From an uncultured Alphaproteobacteria bacterium (GTDB lineage Bacteria > Pseudomonadota > Alphaproteobacteria > Rhizobiales > Xanthobacteraceae), in contig CAVWYW010000017.1 in assembly GCA_963759345.1 (NCBI GenBank), positions 314,507 to 378,506 on the forward strand: a stretch of DNA of 64,000 bases, in the 5' to 3' direction. The translations under genes were made by a program, and so were the position numbers. The notes beneath the pieces were generated by a model. It had not been told where the DNA came from and did no database searches. It was given only the letters and a program-made list of their open reading frames with translations. Of the stretch, positions 1 through 9,576 are shown one piece after another (the first letter of the stretch is position 1; the number at the start of each line of letters is the position of its first letter).

Positions 1-1321
1 AGCGGCTGCCGCGCTCGCGCGATCGAAGGGCCGCGACCGCGCGCAAGCCGATTGGCTACGACGCGTTGACCGGACTGCCCAATCGGCGCGCCATGATCGA
101 ACATCTCGACGATGCGTTGGCGCAGCGCCGTCTCGGCACTGTCGTTTTCATCCTGGTTGATCTCGACGGCTTTCACGAGGTTAACGACGCGTTGGGGCGG
201 GCAGGGGGCGATGCGGTCATGATGAACGTTGCCGAGCATTTGCGCGCCGGGCTGCCGGCGGGCGCGATGTTGGGACGCTTCGAGGAAGACGAATTTGCCG
301 ATCATCGCGAGCGGCGATGATCGGCGCATCGCGGCCGCGGTCGTGGATGCCTGCGCGCTTCGCTGCAGCGCCCGATCTTCGTCGACCGGATGTGGCAGAT
401 CACGGCCGGCATCGGCGTCGCGGAAGCGCCCGAGGATGGCACGACCAGCGACGAACTGGCGCGCCGTGCGGGTCTGGCGCTTCGCGCCGCCAAGCGCGAG
501 GGCCGCGGCCGGTTGCGCTTCTTCGAGCCGCAGATCGAAACCGAATACGCCGAGCGCCGTTCGCTGTTGCGCGAACTGCAATCCGCGATCTCCCTGCAAA
601 CCTTCGACGTCCACTATCAGCCGATTATTGCGGCCGACGGCGGCGCGATGGTCGGCGTCGAAGCGTTGCTGCGCTGGACCCACCCAAGCCGCGGTGCGAT
701 CCCGCCGGCGGTATTCATTCCGCTCGCCGAGCAAAGCGGTCTGATGTCGCAACTCGGCGAGATCGTGCTGCGCCGCGCGCTCGCCGACGCCTCGCGGTGG
801 CCGGCATTGTCGGTCGCCGTCAATCTTTCGCCGTTGCAGATTCGCGACCGCTGGCTGGTCGATCTGGTCGGCGCCGTGATGTCGGAGACCGGCATCGCTT
901 CGTCTCGTGTCGTGCTCGAAGTGACCGAAGGCATCCTGATCGATAACCCGCAGGAAGCGCTCGCCCGGCTCGAAGCTTTGCGTGCGCTCGGCGTCAGCTT
1001 GCGCTCGACGATTTCGGCACCGGCTTTTCGAGCCTGAACTACCTGCAGAAATTTCCGTTCGACCGCCTCAAGATCGATCGCGCCTTCGTTGCTTCGCTCG
1101 GCTCGTCCGGCACCACCGGTCCGATCATCCAGGCGATCGTCACTTTGGGCCATGCGCTCGGCATGAAAGTGCTGGCGGAAGGCGTTGAGACCGACGAACA
1201 GCGGGTCTTGCTGCGGCTTGCCGGCTGCGATGAAATGCAGGGCTTCCTGTTCGCTAAGCCCGGCCCGGCCGCCGAGATCGACAGGATGCTGACCAGGGTC
1301 GCCCGCTCCGCTGCCGGCTAA
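1..1321 (+). CDS. GGDEF/EAL-domain c-di-GMP signalling protein; 5' end lies outside the window; reading frame broken about 3 times
   Basis: Reading across frames gives [39 protein letters not shown] (GGDEF). This is followed by [39 protein letters not shown] and [11 protein letters not shown] (EAL). Stop TAA at 1319-1321. Frame changes fall near 297, 355 and 1000. Confidence 0.8.
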
Positions 1322-1406
1322 AAGGCCCCCACGCTGACACGGCGGGCGGCTAACCGCTATCGTTGGCGTACGTAGGCGCCGGCGCGGCGCTGCGGCAGAG
1401 CCAACG

Positions 1407-2580
1407 ATGATCTCGAACAGTCTTCCCGGCCTCGATTTTGATCTCGGCAGCGATATCGAGATGCTGCGCGACACCGTCGGCTCGTTCGCGCAGGCCAAGA
1501 TCGCTCCCAACGCCGCCGAGATCGACCGCTCCAACAAATTTCCGCGCGAGCTTTGGCCGCAGCTCGGCGAGCTCGGACTTCTCGGCATCACCGTCGAGGA
1601 GGAATGGGGCGGCGCCGGGATGGGCTACCTCGCGCACTGCGTGGCGATGGAAGAAATTTCGCGCGCCTCGGCGGCGATCGGCCTGTCCTACGGCGCGCAT
1701 TCGAACCTCTGCGTCAATCAGCTCCGGAGGAACGGCAGCCCCGAGCAGAAGAAGACACTATTTGCCGAAACTGATTTCCGGCGAGCATGTCGGCGCGCTG
1801 GCGATGTCGGAGCCCAATGCCGGCTCCGACGTGGTGTCGATGCGCACCCGCGCCGACCAGAAAGGCGACCGCTTCATCCTCAACGGCACGAAAATGTGGA
1901 TCACCAACGGTCCGCTCGCCGACACCATGGTGGTCTACGCCAAGACCGACTCGACCGCGGGCTCGCGCGGCATCACCGCCTTCGTTGTCGAGAAAACCTT
2001 CAAGGGATTTTCCACCGGCCAGAAACTCGACAAACTCGGCATGCGCGGCTCCGACACCGGCGAACTGGTGTTCGAGGATTGCGAGGTGCCGGCCGAAAAC
2101 GTGCTCGGCGTGGTCGGCAACGGCGTCAACATCCTGATGTCGGGTCTCGACTACGAGCGCGCGGTACTGGCGGCGGGACCGATCGGGGTGATGCAGGCCT
2201 GCCTCGATTTGGTCATGCCTTATGTCCATCAGCGCACCCAGTTCGGCCAGCCGATCGGCCGCTTTCAGCTCATCCAGGCCAAGCTCGCCGACATGTACGT
2301 CACGCTCAATGCCAGCAAGGCTTACGTTTATGCGGTCGCGAAAGCCTGCGACCGCGGCGAGACCACGCGCGAAGACGCCGCCGGCGCCATTCTCTACGCC
2401 GCCGAGCGCGCGACCTGGATGGCGCTCGAAACCATCCAATGCCTCGGCGGCAACGGCTACATCAACGATTTCCCCGCCGGTCGGCTCCTGCGCGACGCCA
2501 AGCTCTACGAAATCGGCGCCGGCACCAGCGAGATCCGCCGCATGCTGATCGGGCGGGAGATTTTCGAAAAGACCCGCTGA
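1407..2580 (+). CDS. ivd: Isovaleryl-CoA dehydrogenase (acyl-CoA dehydrogenase family); one frame break near 1755
   Basis: The N-terminus in the ORF 1407 frame (..[42 protein letters not shown]) continues in the ORF 1438-2580 frame ([54 protein letters not shown]). Confidence 0.85.
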
Positions 2581-2600
2581 CGCCAGCGACGACCTATGTT

Positions 2601-2644
2601 CCGTCATCCTGAGGCGCGCCTGCGCGCACCTCAGGATGCGACGG
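2601..2644. repeat. 44-bp palindromic REP hairpin (CCGTCATCCTGAGG..CCTCAGGATGcGACGG)
   Basis: Near-perfect inverted repeat read directly from the sequence. The same termini bound the longer element at 50175-50318. Confidence 0.7.
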
Positions 2645-2695
2645 CGGACCAGCTATCGTTCCCGCGACGCGCTCGCGTCCCGGGGTTTTCGAAAA

Positions 2696-2773
2696 TGTAG
2701 GGTGGGTTAGCTGCGAACGCAGCGTAACCCACCATGCTGAGCGGTGGGTTTCGCTTCGCTCAACCCACCCTAC
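2696..2773. repeat. REP element of the GTAGGGTGGGT..ACCCACCCTAC family
   Basis: Outer arms gtagggtgggtt / aacccaccctac enclose an internal copy of ggtgggtttcgcttcgctc. The structure matches the copies at 5986-6143. Confidence 0.7.
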
Positions 2774-3418
2774 GAAGCGAAAGAAAAAAGGAAGCGGAAC
2801 GCCGACAGACGTGTTCAGCCAACCTCCGCATCTTGCGATGCGGCGCGCGTGCAACGGCACGCGCTCGCCTATCGGCGTTCCACCGCGGCTCTAGCTTAGG
2901 CGACCGAACGCCACTGCTCAGCTTCAGACACGCGCTTCCTGGGACTTGGTCGGGGCGCACGATCCCGAAAGTTTCGAACAACCGGGTTCGAAAGATCGTG
3001 CACTGTTCAGCGGGCGTTACCCGCTCCTTCCTGTCCCAGTCCAGCGAGCTCCTCGCAGGCCGGTCGTAATGCCGGCCGGGCGTGATGCCCGAAGCCGCCC
3101 GGGTGCGGAGTGTATCGTTCCGCGCGCGGGCACCGCACTCGCTCCACCTCTCGGAATACCTTCGCGACAGGCGTCCTCGATCGAGCGAAATTCGTTGACC
3201 CAATACCTGAAATAGAGACAAATGTCAATGGAAGAGTGACGAGCTCGCCACCAACCCAAGCCACCCTGCGCCTTGGCGCAGGCAAATAGCCCGATTGAGC
3301 GCTAGGTGAAATCCAGCAAGCATGCCGCCTCAAATGCCACTCCCGGCTTTCGCTGCGCTCAAGCGGGGCTACGCTTGCTACGTCCTTGGAGATGCGTGAG
3401 GACGCAGAGATGTTGGTG

Positions 3419-3919
3419 CTAAGCCTCCGGCAGAGGTATTTCACGGCACATTGTGGCGATGAGACTCGTAAATTCGATCGATATGGAGCTAAACAGCGTC
3501 GCGATCGTCTCAAGGTGCTTCATCTCAAAGTGCAACTCGCCGACGCTGTAGAGACCCTCTCGATGATCGTACATCGTGAAAGCTATGTTCGTGCTGTTCC
3601 GTGGTACCATTATCGCGTGTACCATGAAGTTACGGTGTTCCGCGTATTGTTCGAACTCGTCAAGCCTTGGCTGGAGATCGGCTCGATAACTGGCAATGGG
3701 ACCAGCAAGTCCGATTATCTGATTAAGCCTTTTGAGCTTCTTTGCCGGCCCGAACGGAGGATGGCCTAGGTGGGAATAGGCCTGATGCAAGAATGCGCGG
3801 GACACCAATTCAGCGATTGCGAACTCAACGGCCGCGTAGCGGCTGATGAACAAGCCGCGCCAGTAGATCGCTTCTTTCACAAGCTTAAGATCAACTTCCA
3901 CGCCGCTCTTCCAATTCAT
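3419..3919 (-). CDS. Hypothetical protein with an HEPN-like R-x4-H motif (RNFMVH)
   Basis: 166-aa ORF in a patch of about 50% GC. Residues 96-101 read R-N-F-M-V-H (nt 3634-3617). I recognise no other family. Confidence 0.5.
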   Translation of the reverse strand: MNWKSGVEVDLKLVKEAIYWRGLFISRYAAVEFAIAELVSRAFLHQAYSHLGHPPFGPAKKLKRLNQIIGLAGPIASYRADLQPRLDEFEQYAEHRNFMVHAIMVPRNSTNIAFTMYDHREGLYSVGELHFEMKHLETIATLFSSISIEFTSLIATMCREIPLPEA

Positions 3920-4015
3920 CGATGCACGGTCGCATATCCCCGGCGCGGCGCGAATGAGTGATGAGTTTCGCGAGGCCTCATTTCATCCCACTTCGCTGGC
4001 TGAGAGGAACACTTC

Positions 4016-4756
4016 ATGGCTCGTATAGTCCCTTCTCAGATTGTTGCTCTGATTGACCAGAATCCCCCTGGCAACTCAGCGACCCTTGCTGTGGGCCATG
4101 GCACCGTTGGAATTCTGACAGCAGTTACTCGTTTGATTGATGAGCTTCCGGCGGAACTGTTGACGATTAGCGGACCGGATTACAGCGACCTCGTGTGCAG
4201 CGTAGAATCCATTAGAAACTCAGTTGCCTTCTGGCAGCAAAAAGGAGTCGGCCAAATTGGTAACTCCGGCATCCGGGGCAAGAACGTTCTTGTGCTTATC
4301 CGCGAGGTCTTGGCCAAGTGTCCTGATCAAGCCCCGTCTCTTGCGACAGCGGAGTTGGCTTTTATCACGGATAGTGGTTTGCGAGACAGCCTCCGACTAG
4401 ACATAAGCAGCGCGACAAGTGCGTTACACAACGGAGATTGGAAGGCTGCGACCGTTTTGGCGGGAGCTGCGGCGGAGGCCTTGCTGCTGTGGGCTATTAA
4501 AAGCGCACCTGGACTCCCAGCTCTCGCAAAGAAGCCCAACGGAGCTCCCGAAGATTGGAGCCTCGGAAACTACATAGCAGTCGCGAGCTCCCTCGCTCTG
4601 ATTAAAAGTGCTACCTCTCAACAAGCTAGTCTTGCCCAGAATTTCCGCAATCTCATCCATCCAGGTCGCGCTCAGCGTCTTGGTGAAGTTTGTGACCGGG
4701 CAACTGCCTTGACCGCGCTGGCCGCCGTTGAGCTCATTGTTCGCGATCTGAGCTAA
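4016..4756 (+). CDS. Hypothetical protein, helical C-terminal half with an RNLIHPGR motif
   Basis: 246-aa ORF divergent from 3419-3919 and in the same low-GC patch. It contains ..DWKAATVLAGAAAEALLLWAI.. and ..NFRNLIHPGR.. (nt 4646-4660). Confidence 0.55.
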   Translation: MARIVPSQIVALIDQNPPGNSATLAVGHGTVGILTAVTRLIDELPAELLTISGPDYSDLVCSVESIRNSVAFWQQKGVGQIGNSGIRGKNVLVLIREVLAKCPDQAPSLATAELAFITDSGLRDSLRLDISSATSALHNGDWKAATVLAGAAAEALLLWAIKSAPGLPALAKKPNGAPEDWSLGNYIAVASSLALIKSATSQQASLAQNFRNLIHPGRAQRLGEVCDRATALTALAAVELIVRDLS

Positions 4757-4774
4757 GTTAGCGATGCTCTGGCA

Positions 4775-4813
4775 GGTAATCCGCCGGCTCTTGGCAACGA
4801 ATGGCGGATTACC
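4775..4813 (+). terminator. Stem-loop downstream of ORF 4016-4756 (11-bp perfect stem, 17-nt loop)
   Basis: ggtaatccgcc (4775-4785) pairs with ggcggattacc (4803-4813). No U-tract follows, so terminator function is uncertain. Confidence 0.3.
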
Positions 4814-4889
4814 GTCCGCTAATCAGCCACCGCTTTCGGCAAATCCGCTCTGCACGCTCACTTCCTCGATGGATAACAAAGGATCATAG

Positions 4890-5990
4890 GTGACTTCTCC
4901 CAAGCGCATTCCGATCTTCGACGGCCACAACGACGTCATGCTCCGGCTGCATCTGCGCGGCGGTGCGGACGCGGTGACGGCATTTCTGCAAGGCGGGGAG
5001 AAGGGCCATCTGGATCTTCCTAAAGCGCACAAGGGCGGATTTGCCGGCGGTCTGTTCGCGATTTTCGTCCCTTCGCCGAAGCGGAAAGATCGCGCCAACG
5101 GCGAAACGCCTCCGCAAGAAACCGGTAGCGTCGCCGGCAACGACCCGGCGCCGCCTGCGGTCGATGTTGCAGAGGCGCAGCGGGTCGTGTTCGCGATGGC
5201 GTCGCTGCTGTTTCGGATCGAGCGGGAGTTCGAACGGGCGCGTTCGCGTTTGCCGGAATGTTGCCGATATCGAAAACTGCCTCGCCGACGACGCGCTGGC
5301 GGCGGTGCTTCATATCGAAGGCGCCGAAGCGATCGATGCGAACTTTGAGCTGCTCGGACGTGCTGTACGAAGCGGGGCTGCGCTCGCTCGGGCCGGTGTG
5401 GAGCCGGCCGAACGTGTTCGGCCATGGCGTGCCGTTCCGCTGTCCGTCATCGCCCGACACCGGCCCCGGTTTGACCGACCTCGGCAAGGCGCTGATCGGC
5501 GCCTGCAACCGGTTGCGGATTCTGATCGATCTGTCGCACCTGAACGAACGCGGCTTCTGGGACGTTGCCGAAATCAGCAACGCGCCGCTGGTCGCCACGC
5601 ACTCCAACGCCCACGCCGTCAGCCCGCATTCGCGCAATCTGACCGACAAGCAACTGGCGGCGATCGGTGAAACCGGCGGCCTCGTCGGCGTCAATTTTGC
5701 CACGAGCTTCCTGCGTCCGGACGGCCGTCACGACAGGGACACGCCGCTCGACCTGATGATCCAGCACATCGAGCACATGCTCGAACATGCCGGCAAGGAC
5801 TGCGGTCGGACTTGGCTCCGATTTCGACGGCGCCATGATCCCCGCGGCACTCGGCAATGCGGCCGGGCTGCAAAATCTGGTGCAGGCGATGCGCAAGCGC
5901 GGCTTTAAAAAGCCGCTGATCGAGAAAGTGTGCTTCCGAAATTGGCTGCGCGTGTTGGGGCGAACGTGGGGGAGGGTGGATGATCTGTAG
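4890..5990 (+). CDS. Membrane (renal-type) dipeptidase, peptidase family M19; about 3 frame breaks
   Basis: IPIFDGHNDVMLRL.., ..LHIEGAEAID.., ..LGPVWSRPNVFGHG.., LIDLSHLNERGFWDV..PLVATHSNAHA.., GLVGVNF.., GLGSDFDGA... Frame changes fall near 5230, 5357 and 5803. Confidence 0.8.
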
Positions 5991-6143
5991 GATGGGTAGA
6001 GCCCTTGCGAAACCCATCAAGCATCCTCGCCGCCGTATGATGGGTATCGCTTCGCTCCACCCATCCTACGTAATTGCTTGCGAAACCCATCACTCATCCT
6101 CGACGCCGCATGATGGGTATCGCTTCGCTCCACCCATCCTACG
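5986..6143. repeat. Two tandem REP copies of the GTAGGATGGGT..ACCCATCCTAC family
   Basis: 5986-6070 is a full copy and 6071-6143 is a partial second copy. Both end in gatgggtatcgcttcgctccacccatcctacg. The dipeptidase stop codon (5988-5990) lies in the first arm. Confidence 0.75.
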
Positions 6144-6149
6144 CATTAT

Positions 6150-6297
6150 CCGCCCCCGCGAAGTGAAACGAAGCGGGGAGGGGGACCATGCGAAGCATGG
6201 TGGAGGGGGCGTGCGGCGCTTGAGCTGGCGGCGTGGGCGACGCCCCTTCCACCGCCCTTCGGGCGGTCCCCCTTCCCCGCTTCGCGGGGCAGGATGA
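6150..6297. repeat. MITE-like element with CCCCGC..GCGGGG hairpin ends
   Basis: cgcccccgcgaagtgaaacgaagcggggagggggacc (left end) and ggtcccccttccccgcttcgcggggcagg (right end) are inverted relative to each other, about 80 bp apart. Confidence 0.6.
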
Positions 6298-6301
6298 GAA
6301 T

Positions 6302-7541
6302 TCACCCTAATCTTCGGTCGTATTCCAGCACCGCGTTGAGCAGCACCTGGGCGCCTGCGGCGCATTCGTCGAAGCTCGTCGACTCGGCTTCGTTGTGTGA
6401 AATGCCGCCGGCGCAGGGCACGAAGATCATCGTGGTCGGCGCGACGCGGGCGACGTAGGCGGCGTCGTGGCCGGCGCCGGAGATCATGTCGCGGGACTTA
6501 AAGCCGGCTTTCGCGGTGCCGACGCGCACGCAGTCGATCAGCTCCGGTGCGAATTTGACGGCGGGTGAGTGCCAGATCCGCGCCTCTTTGTAGGTGAGCT
6601 TCATCGGCTCGAGAATTTCGGCAAGCGATGCGCGCAGTTTCGCCTCCATGGCGTCGAGAACTTTTTCATCCGGGTGGCGGAAATCGATCGTGAAAAACAC
6701 TTCGCCGGGAATGACGTTGCGGCTGTTCGGCTTGTTTTCGATCAGGCCGACCGCACCGACAGCATCTGGCGCGTGCTCCCAGGCGATGGCGTCGATGCGC
6801 TCGATCATCCGCGCGGCGCCAAGGAGCGCATTCTTGCGCAGCCGCATCGGGGTCGCGCCGGTATGAGCCTCCTGGCCGGTGACGGTGACTTCGTACCAGC
6901 GCATGCCCTGCACGCCCTGGACGATGCCGATCATCTTGCCTTCGTCTTCCAGGATCGGGCCCTGCTCGATGTGCAGTTCGAACATGGCGCCGAATTTGCG
7001 CGCGCCGGCTTTCTCCTCGCCCTTGTAGCCGATGCGGTTGAGTTCCTCGCCGAAGGTCTTGCCGTCGCGGTCGGCGCGCGAATAGGCAAAGTCAGGGGTA
7101 AACACACCGGCGAAAACGCCGGAGGCCAGCATCGCCGGCGCATAGCGCGAGCCTTCCTCGTTGGTCCAATTGACGATCTCGATCGGCTGCGTTGGTCTCG
7201 TAGCCGGTCTCGTGCAGCGTGCGGAGCGCTTCGAGCGCGCCGAGAACGCCGAGCACGCCGTCGAACTTGCCGCCGGTCGGCTGGGTGTCGAGGTGCGAGC
7301 CCATGGCGATCGGCGGCAGCTTGTCGTTCTTGCCCGGCCGGCGCGCGAACATGTTGCCGACCTCATCGACCGTGACCGTGCAGCCCAACGCTTCGCAGCG
7401 CGCCTTGAACCAGTCGCGTACCTGCCGATCGAGGTCGGTCAAGGTGAGCCGGCAAATGCCGCCCTTCGCGGTGGCGCCGATCTTCGCCGTCTCCATCAGC
7501 GTATCCCAGAGCCGTTGGGCATCGATCTGAAGGTTTTGCAT
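6302..7541 (-). CDS. M20-family Zn amidohydrolase (N-carbamoyl-amino-acid / beta-ureidopropionase / allantoate amidohydrolase type); one frame break near 7195
   Basis: MQNLQIDAQRLWDTLMETAKIG..ICRLTLTD..GNMFARRPG..IAMGSHLDTQPTGGKFDGVLGV joins ..IEIVNWTNEEGSRYAPAMLASGVF..HTGATPM..GAGHDA.. A GAGGAG RBS lies upstream of the ATG at 7541. Confidence 0.8.
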
Positions 7542-7560
7542 TTGCTCCTCAGTCCTAAGA

Positions 7561-7968
7561 TTATTCGCCGGCCAAGTTCTCCCTCTCCCCGCGTGCGGGG
7601 AGAGGGTCGGGGTGAGGGGGCGCCGCCGCAGACGCTGCTGCGAAGATTGTGTCCCAAACGCCTTCGATGTTTCCCAGCACTTCGTTATTCCAGAAACGCA
7701 GGATGCGGTAGCGATGTTTGAGCAGCCATTCATCGCGGCGCGCGTCGCGTTCGTTCTCGGCATGTTGACCGCCGTCGACCTCGACGACGAGCCGCTTCTC
7801 CCTACAAATAAAATCGACTACGTAGGGCCCGAGGGGCTGCTGGCGCACGAACTTAAATCCGCCGAGTGATCGCGAACGGAGGTAGCGCCAAAGTCGCCGT
7901 TCGGCGGGCGTCGAATTTTTCCGCAATCGTCTCGCCAAACGGGTCTTCGCTACGTTTGCGCCGCGCAT
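7561..7968 (-). CDS. DUF559 (Vsr-like) endonuclease domain protein
   Basis: ..ARRLRKNSTPAERRLWRYLRSR..GFKFVRQQPLGPYVVDFICREKRLVVEVDGGQH..RDARRDEWLLKHRYRILRFWNNEV.. Both ORF ends run into the flanking inverted repeats. Confidence 0.8.
   Translation of the reverse strand: MRGANVAKTRLARRLRKNSTPAERRLWRYLRSRSLGGFKFVRQQPLGPYVVDFICREKRLVVEVDGGQHAENERDARRDEWLLKHRYRILRFWNNEVLGNIEGVWDTIFAAASAAAPPHPDPLPARGERENLAGE
7578..7622. repeat. REP hairpin (CCCTCTCCCCGCgtGCGGGGAGAGGG + GGGGTGAGGGGG), left inverted repeat of the DUF559 cassette
   Basis: Its reverse complement matches 7976-8019 apart from one indel and one loop mismatch. Confidence 0.8.
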
Positions 7969-7975
7969 GTTTCGA

Positions 7976-8019
7976 GGCCCCCTCACCCCACCCTCTCCCC
8001 GCATGCGGGGAGAGGGAGC
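7976..8019. repeat. REP hairpin, right inverted repeat of the DUF559 cassette
   Basis: ggccccctcaccccaccctctccccgcatgcggggagagggagc. This is the same family as the copy at 59130-59183. Confidence 0.8.
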
Positions 8020-8028
8020 TATTGTAAG

Positions 8029-9483
8029 CTATGGCGTGACTTCCATGCGTTCGACGCGGCGCGGCGCGTTGAGTTCGCGCCACGTCGCGTTGGCGACGTG
8101 CACGGCGGGGAAGGGATCGCGCGCCACGTATTGGCCGGCGCCGGCCGCGGCCCGCAGGTCGCCGTCGAGCCAGGTGATCTCGCCGCGCGACAAGGTCGCG
8201 CGCGGCAGGCCTTTGCATTGGAAGCCTTCGAACACATTGTAGTCGATCCGGCTCACTTGCTTTTTGGCTGAGATGGTTTTGCCGGCGCTTGGGTCCCAAA
8301 TGACCAGATCGGCGTCGGAGCCGATGGCGACCGCGCCTTTCTTCGGGTAGACGTTGAGGATGCGCGCGCAATTCGTTGAGGTGACGGCGACAAATTCCTC
8401 TTTGGTCAGCCGTCCGGTATTGACGCCGACGGCCCACAGCACCGGCATCCGGTCCTCAAGCCCGCCGGTGCCGTTCGGTATCTTGGTGAAGTCGGTGCGG
8501 CCAAGCCGTTTCTGTTCGGTTGTGAAAGCGCAGTGATCGGTTGCCACGACTTGCAGCGAGCCCGACTGCAGGCCGGCCCAGAGACTTGCCCGATGATCCT
8601 TGGTGCGAAATGGCGGCGACATCACTCGCTGCGCCGCGTACTCCCAGTCCTTATTGCGATATTCGGCCTCGTCGAGAACGAGGTGCTGGATGATCGGTTC
8701 GCCGAACACGCGCTGGCCGGCGGCGCGGGCGCGGGCGATCGCTTCGTGCGCGTCGCGGCTCGATGTATGTACGATGTAGACCGGACAGCCGGCCATGTCG
8801 GCGATCATGATGGCGCGATTGGTGGCTTCGCCTTCGACGGCAGGCGGGCGCGAATAAGCATGGCCCTCGGGGCCGGTGACGCCGGTGCTGAGATAATGCT
8901 GCTGCAGGTGCCAGACGACGTCGCCGTTCTCGGCGTGGATGAGCGGCATGGCGCCGAGGCCGGCGCAGCGCAGGAACGAATTGTACATCTCGTCGTCGTT
9001 GACCATCAACGCGCCCTTATAGGCCAGGAAATGTTTGAAGGTGTTGATGCCGTAGGTTTTGACGGTCGTCTCCATCTCGTCGAACACCTGCTTGTCCCAC
9101 CAGGTGATCGCCATGTGGAAGCCGTAGTCGCTGGCCGCGCCTTCGGCTTTCCGGCGCCAGTCCTGATAGGCGGCCAGCAGCGACTGCCCGGGATTGGGAA
9201 TGCAATGATCGATCACCATGGTGGTGCCGCCCGAGAGCGCCGCCTTGGTGCCCCATTCGAAATCGTCGGCCGTTACCGTGCCCATGAACTCGAACTCGAG
9301 GTGCGTATGCGGATCGATACCGCCGGGCATAACATAGCAGCCGCCGGCATCGATCACTTCGGCGCCGGCCGGCGCTTCGAGGTTGACGCCGATCGCAGCG
9401 ATTATGCCGTCGCGTAGGAGAACGTCGGCGCGCCGTGAATAGTCGTGGTTGACGACGGTGCCGCCGCGAATGAGTTTGATCAT
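8029..9483 (-). CDS. hydA: Dihydropyrimidinase / D-hydantoinase
   Basis: Intact 484-aa ORF. It contains GGIDPHTHLEF, ..FKHFLAYKG.., PLIHAENGD.., YIVHTSS.. and ATDHC.., the cyclic-amidohydrolase signature. Confidence 0.9.
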   Translation of the reverse strand: MIKLIRGGTVVNHDYSRRADVLLRDGIIAAIGVNLEAPAGAEVIDAGGCYVMPGGIDPHTHLEFEFMGTVTADDFEWGTKAALSGGTTMVIDHCIPNPGQSLLAAYQDWRRKAEGAASDYGFHMAITWWDKQVFDEMETTVKTYGINTFKHFLAYKGALMVNDDEMYNSFLRCAGLGAMPLIHAENGDVVWHLQQHYLSTGVTGPEGHAYSRPPAVEGEATNRAIMIADMAGCPVYIVHTSSRDAHEAIARARAAGQRVFGEPIIQHLVLDEAEYRNKDWEYAAQRVMSPPFRTKDHRASLWAGLQSGSLQVVATDHCAFTTEQKRLGRTDFTKIPNGTGGLEDRMPVLWAVGVNTGRLTKEEFVAVTSTNCARILNVYPKKGAVAIGSDADLVIWDPSAGKTISAKKQVSRIDYNVFEGFQCKGLPRATLSRGEITWLDGDLRAAAGAGQYVARDPFPAVHVANATWRELNAPRRVERMEVTP

Positions 9484-9576
9484 GAGGGTGCCTTTTCTCG
9501 TTGTTGGTAAGACGCCTGGCCCGCATTTTTGTATGTTTGTCGGGAGTTCGTCAAAGCGCGTCCGCAGGGGGAGTCA

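Noticed and set aside
2780-3420. Possible integrase remnant or tRNA-derived att site at the left edge of the low-GC islet. The hints were ..RYTPHPGGFGHH.. on the minus strand and a gggttcgaa T-loop-like string at about 2978-2990.
   Set aside because: The peptide similarity to tyrosine recombinase box II is too weak and needs arbitrary frame changes. The T-loop-like string lacks a complementary stem and the rest of a tRNA.
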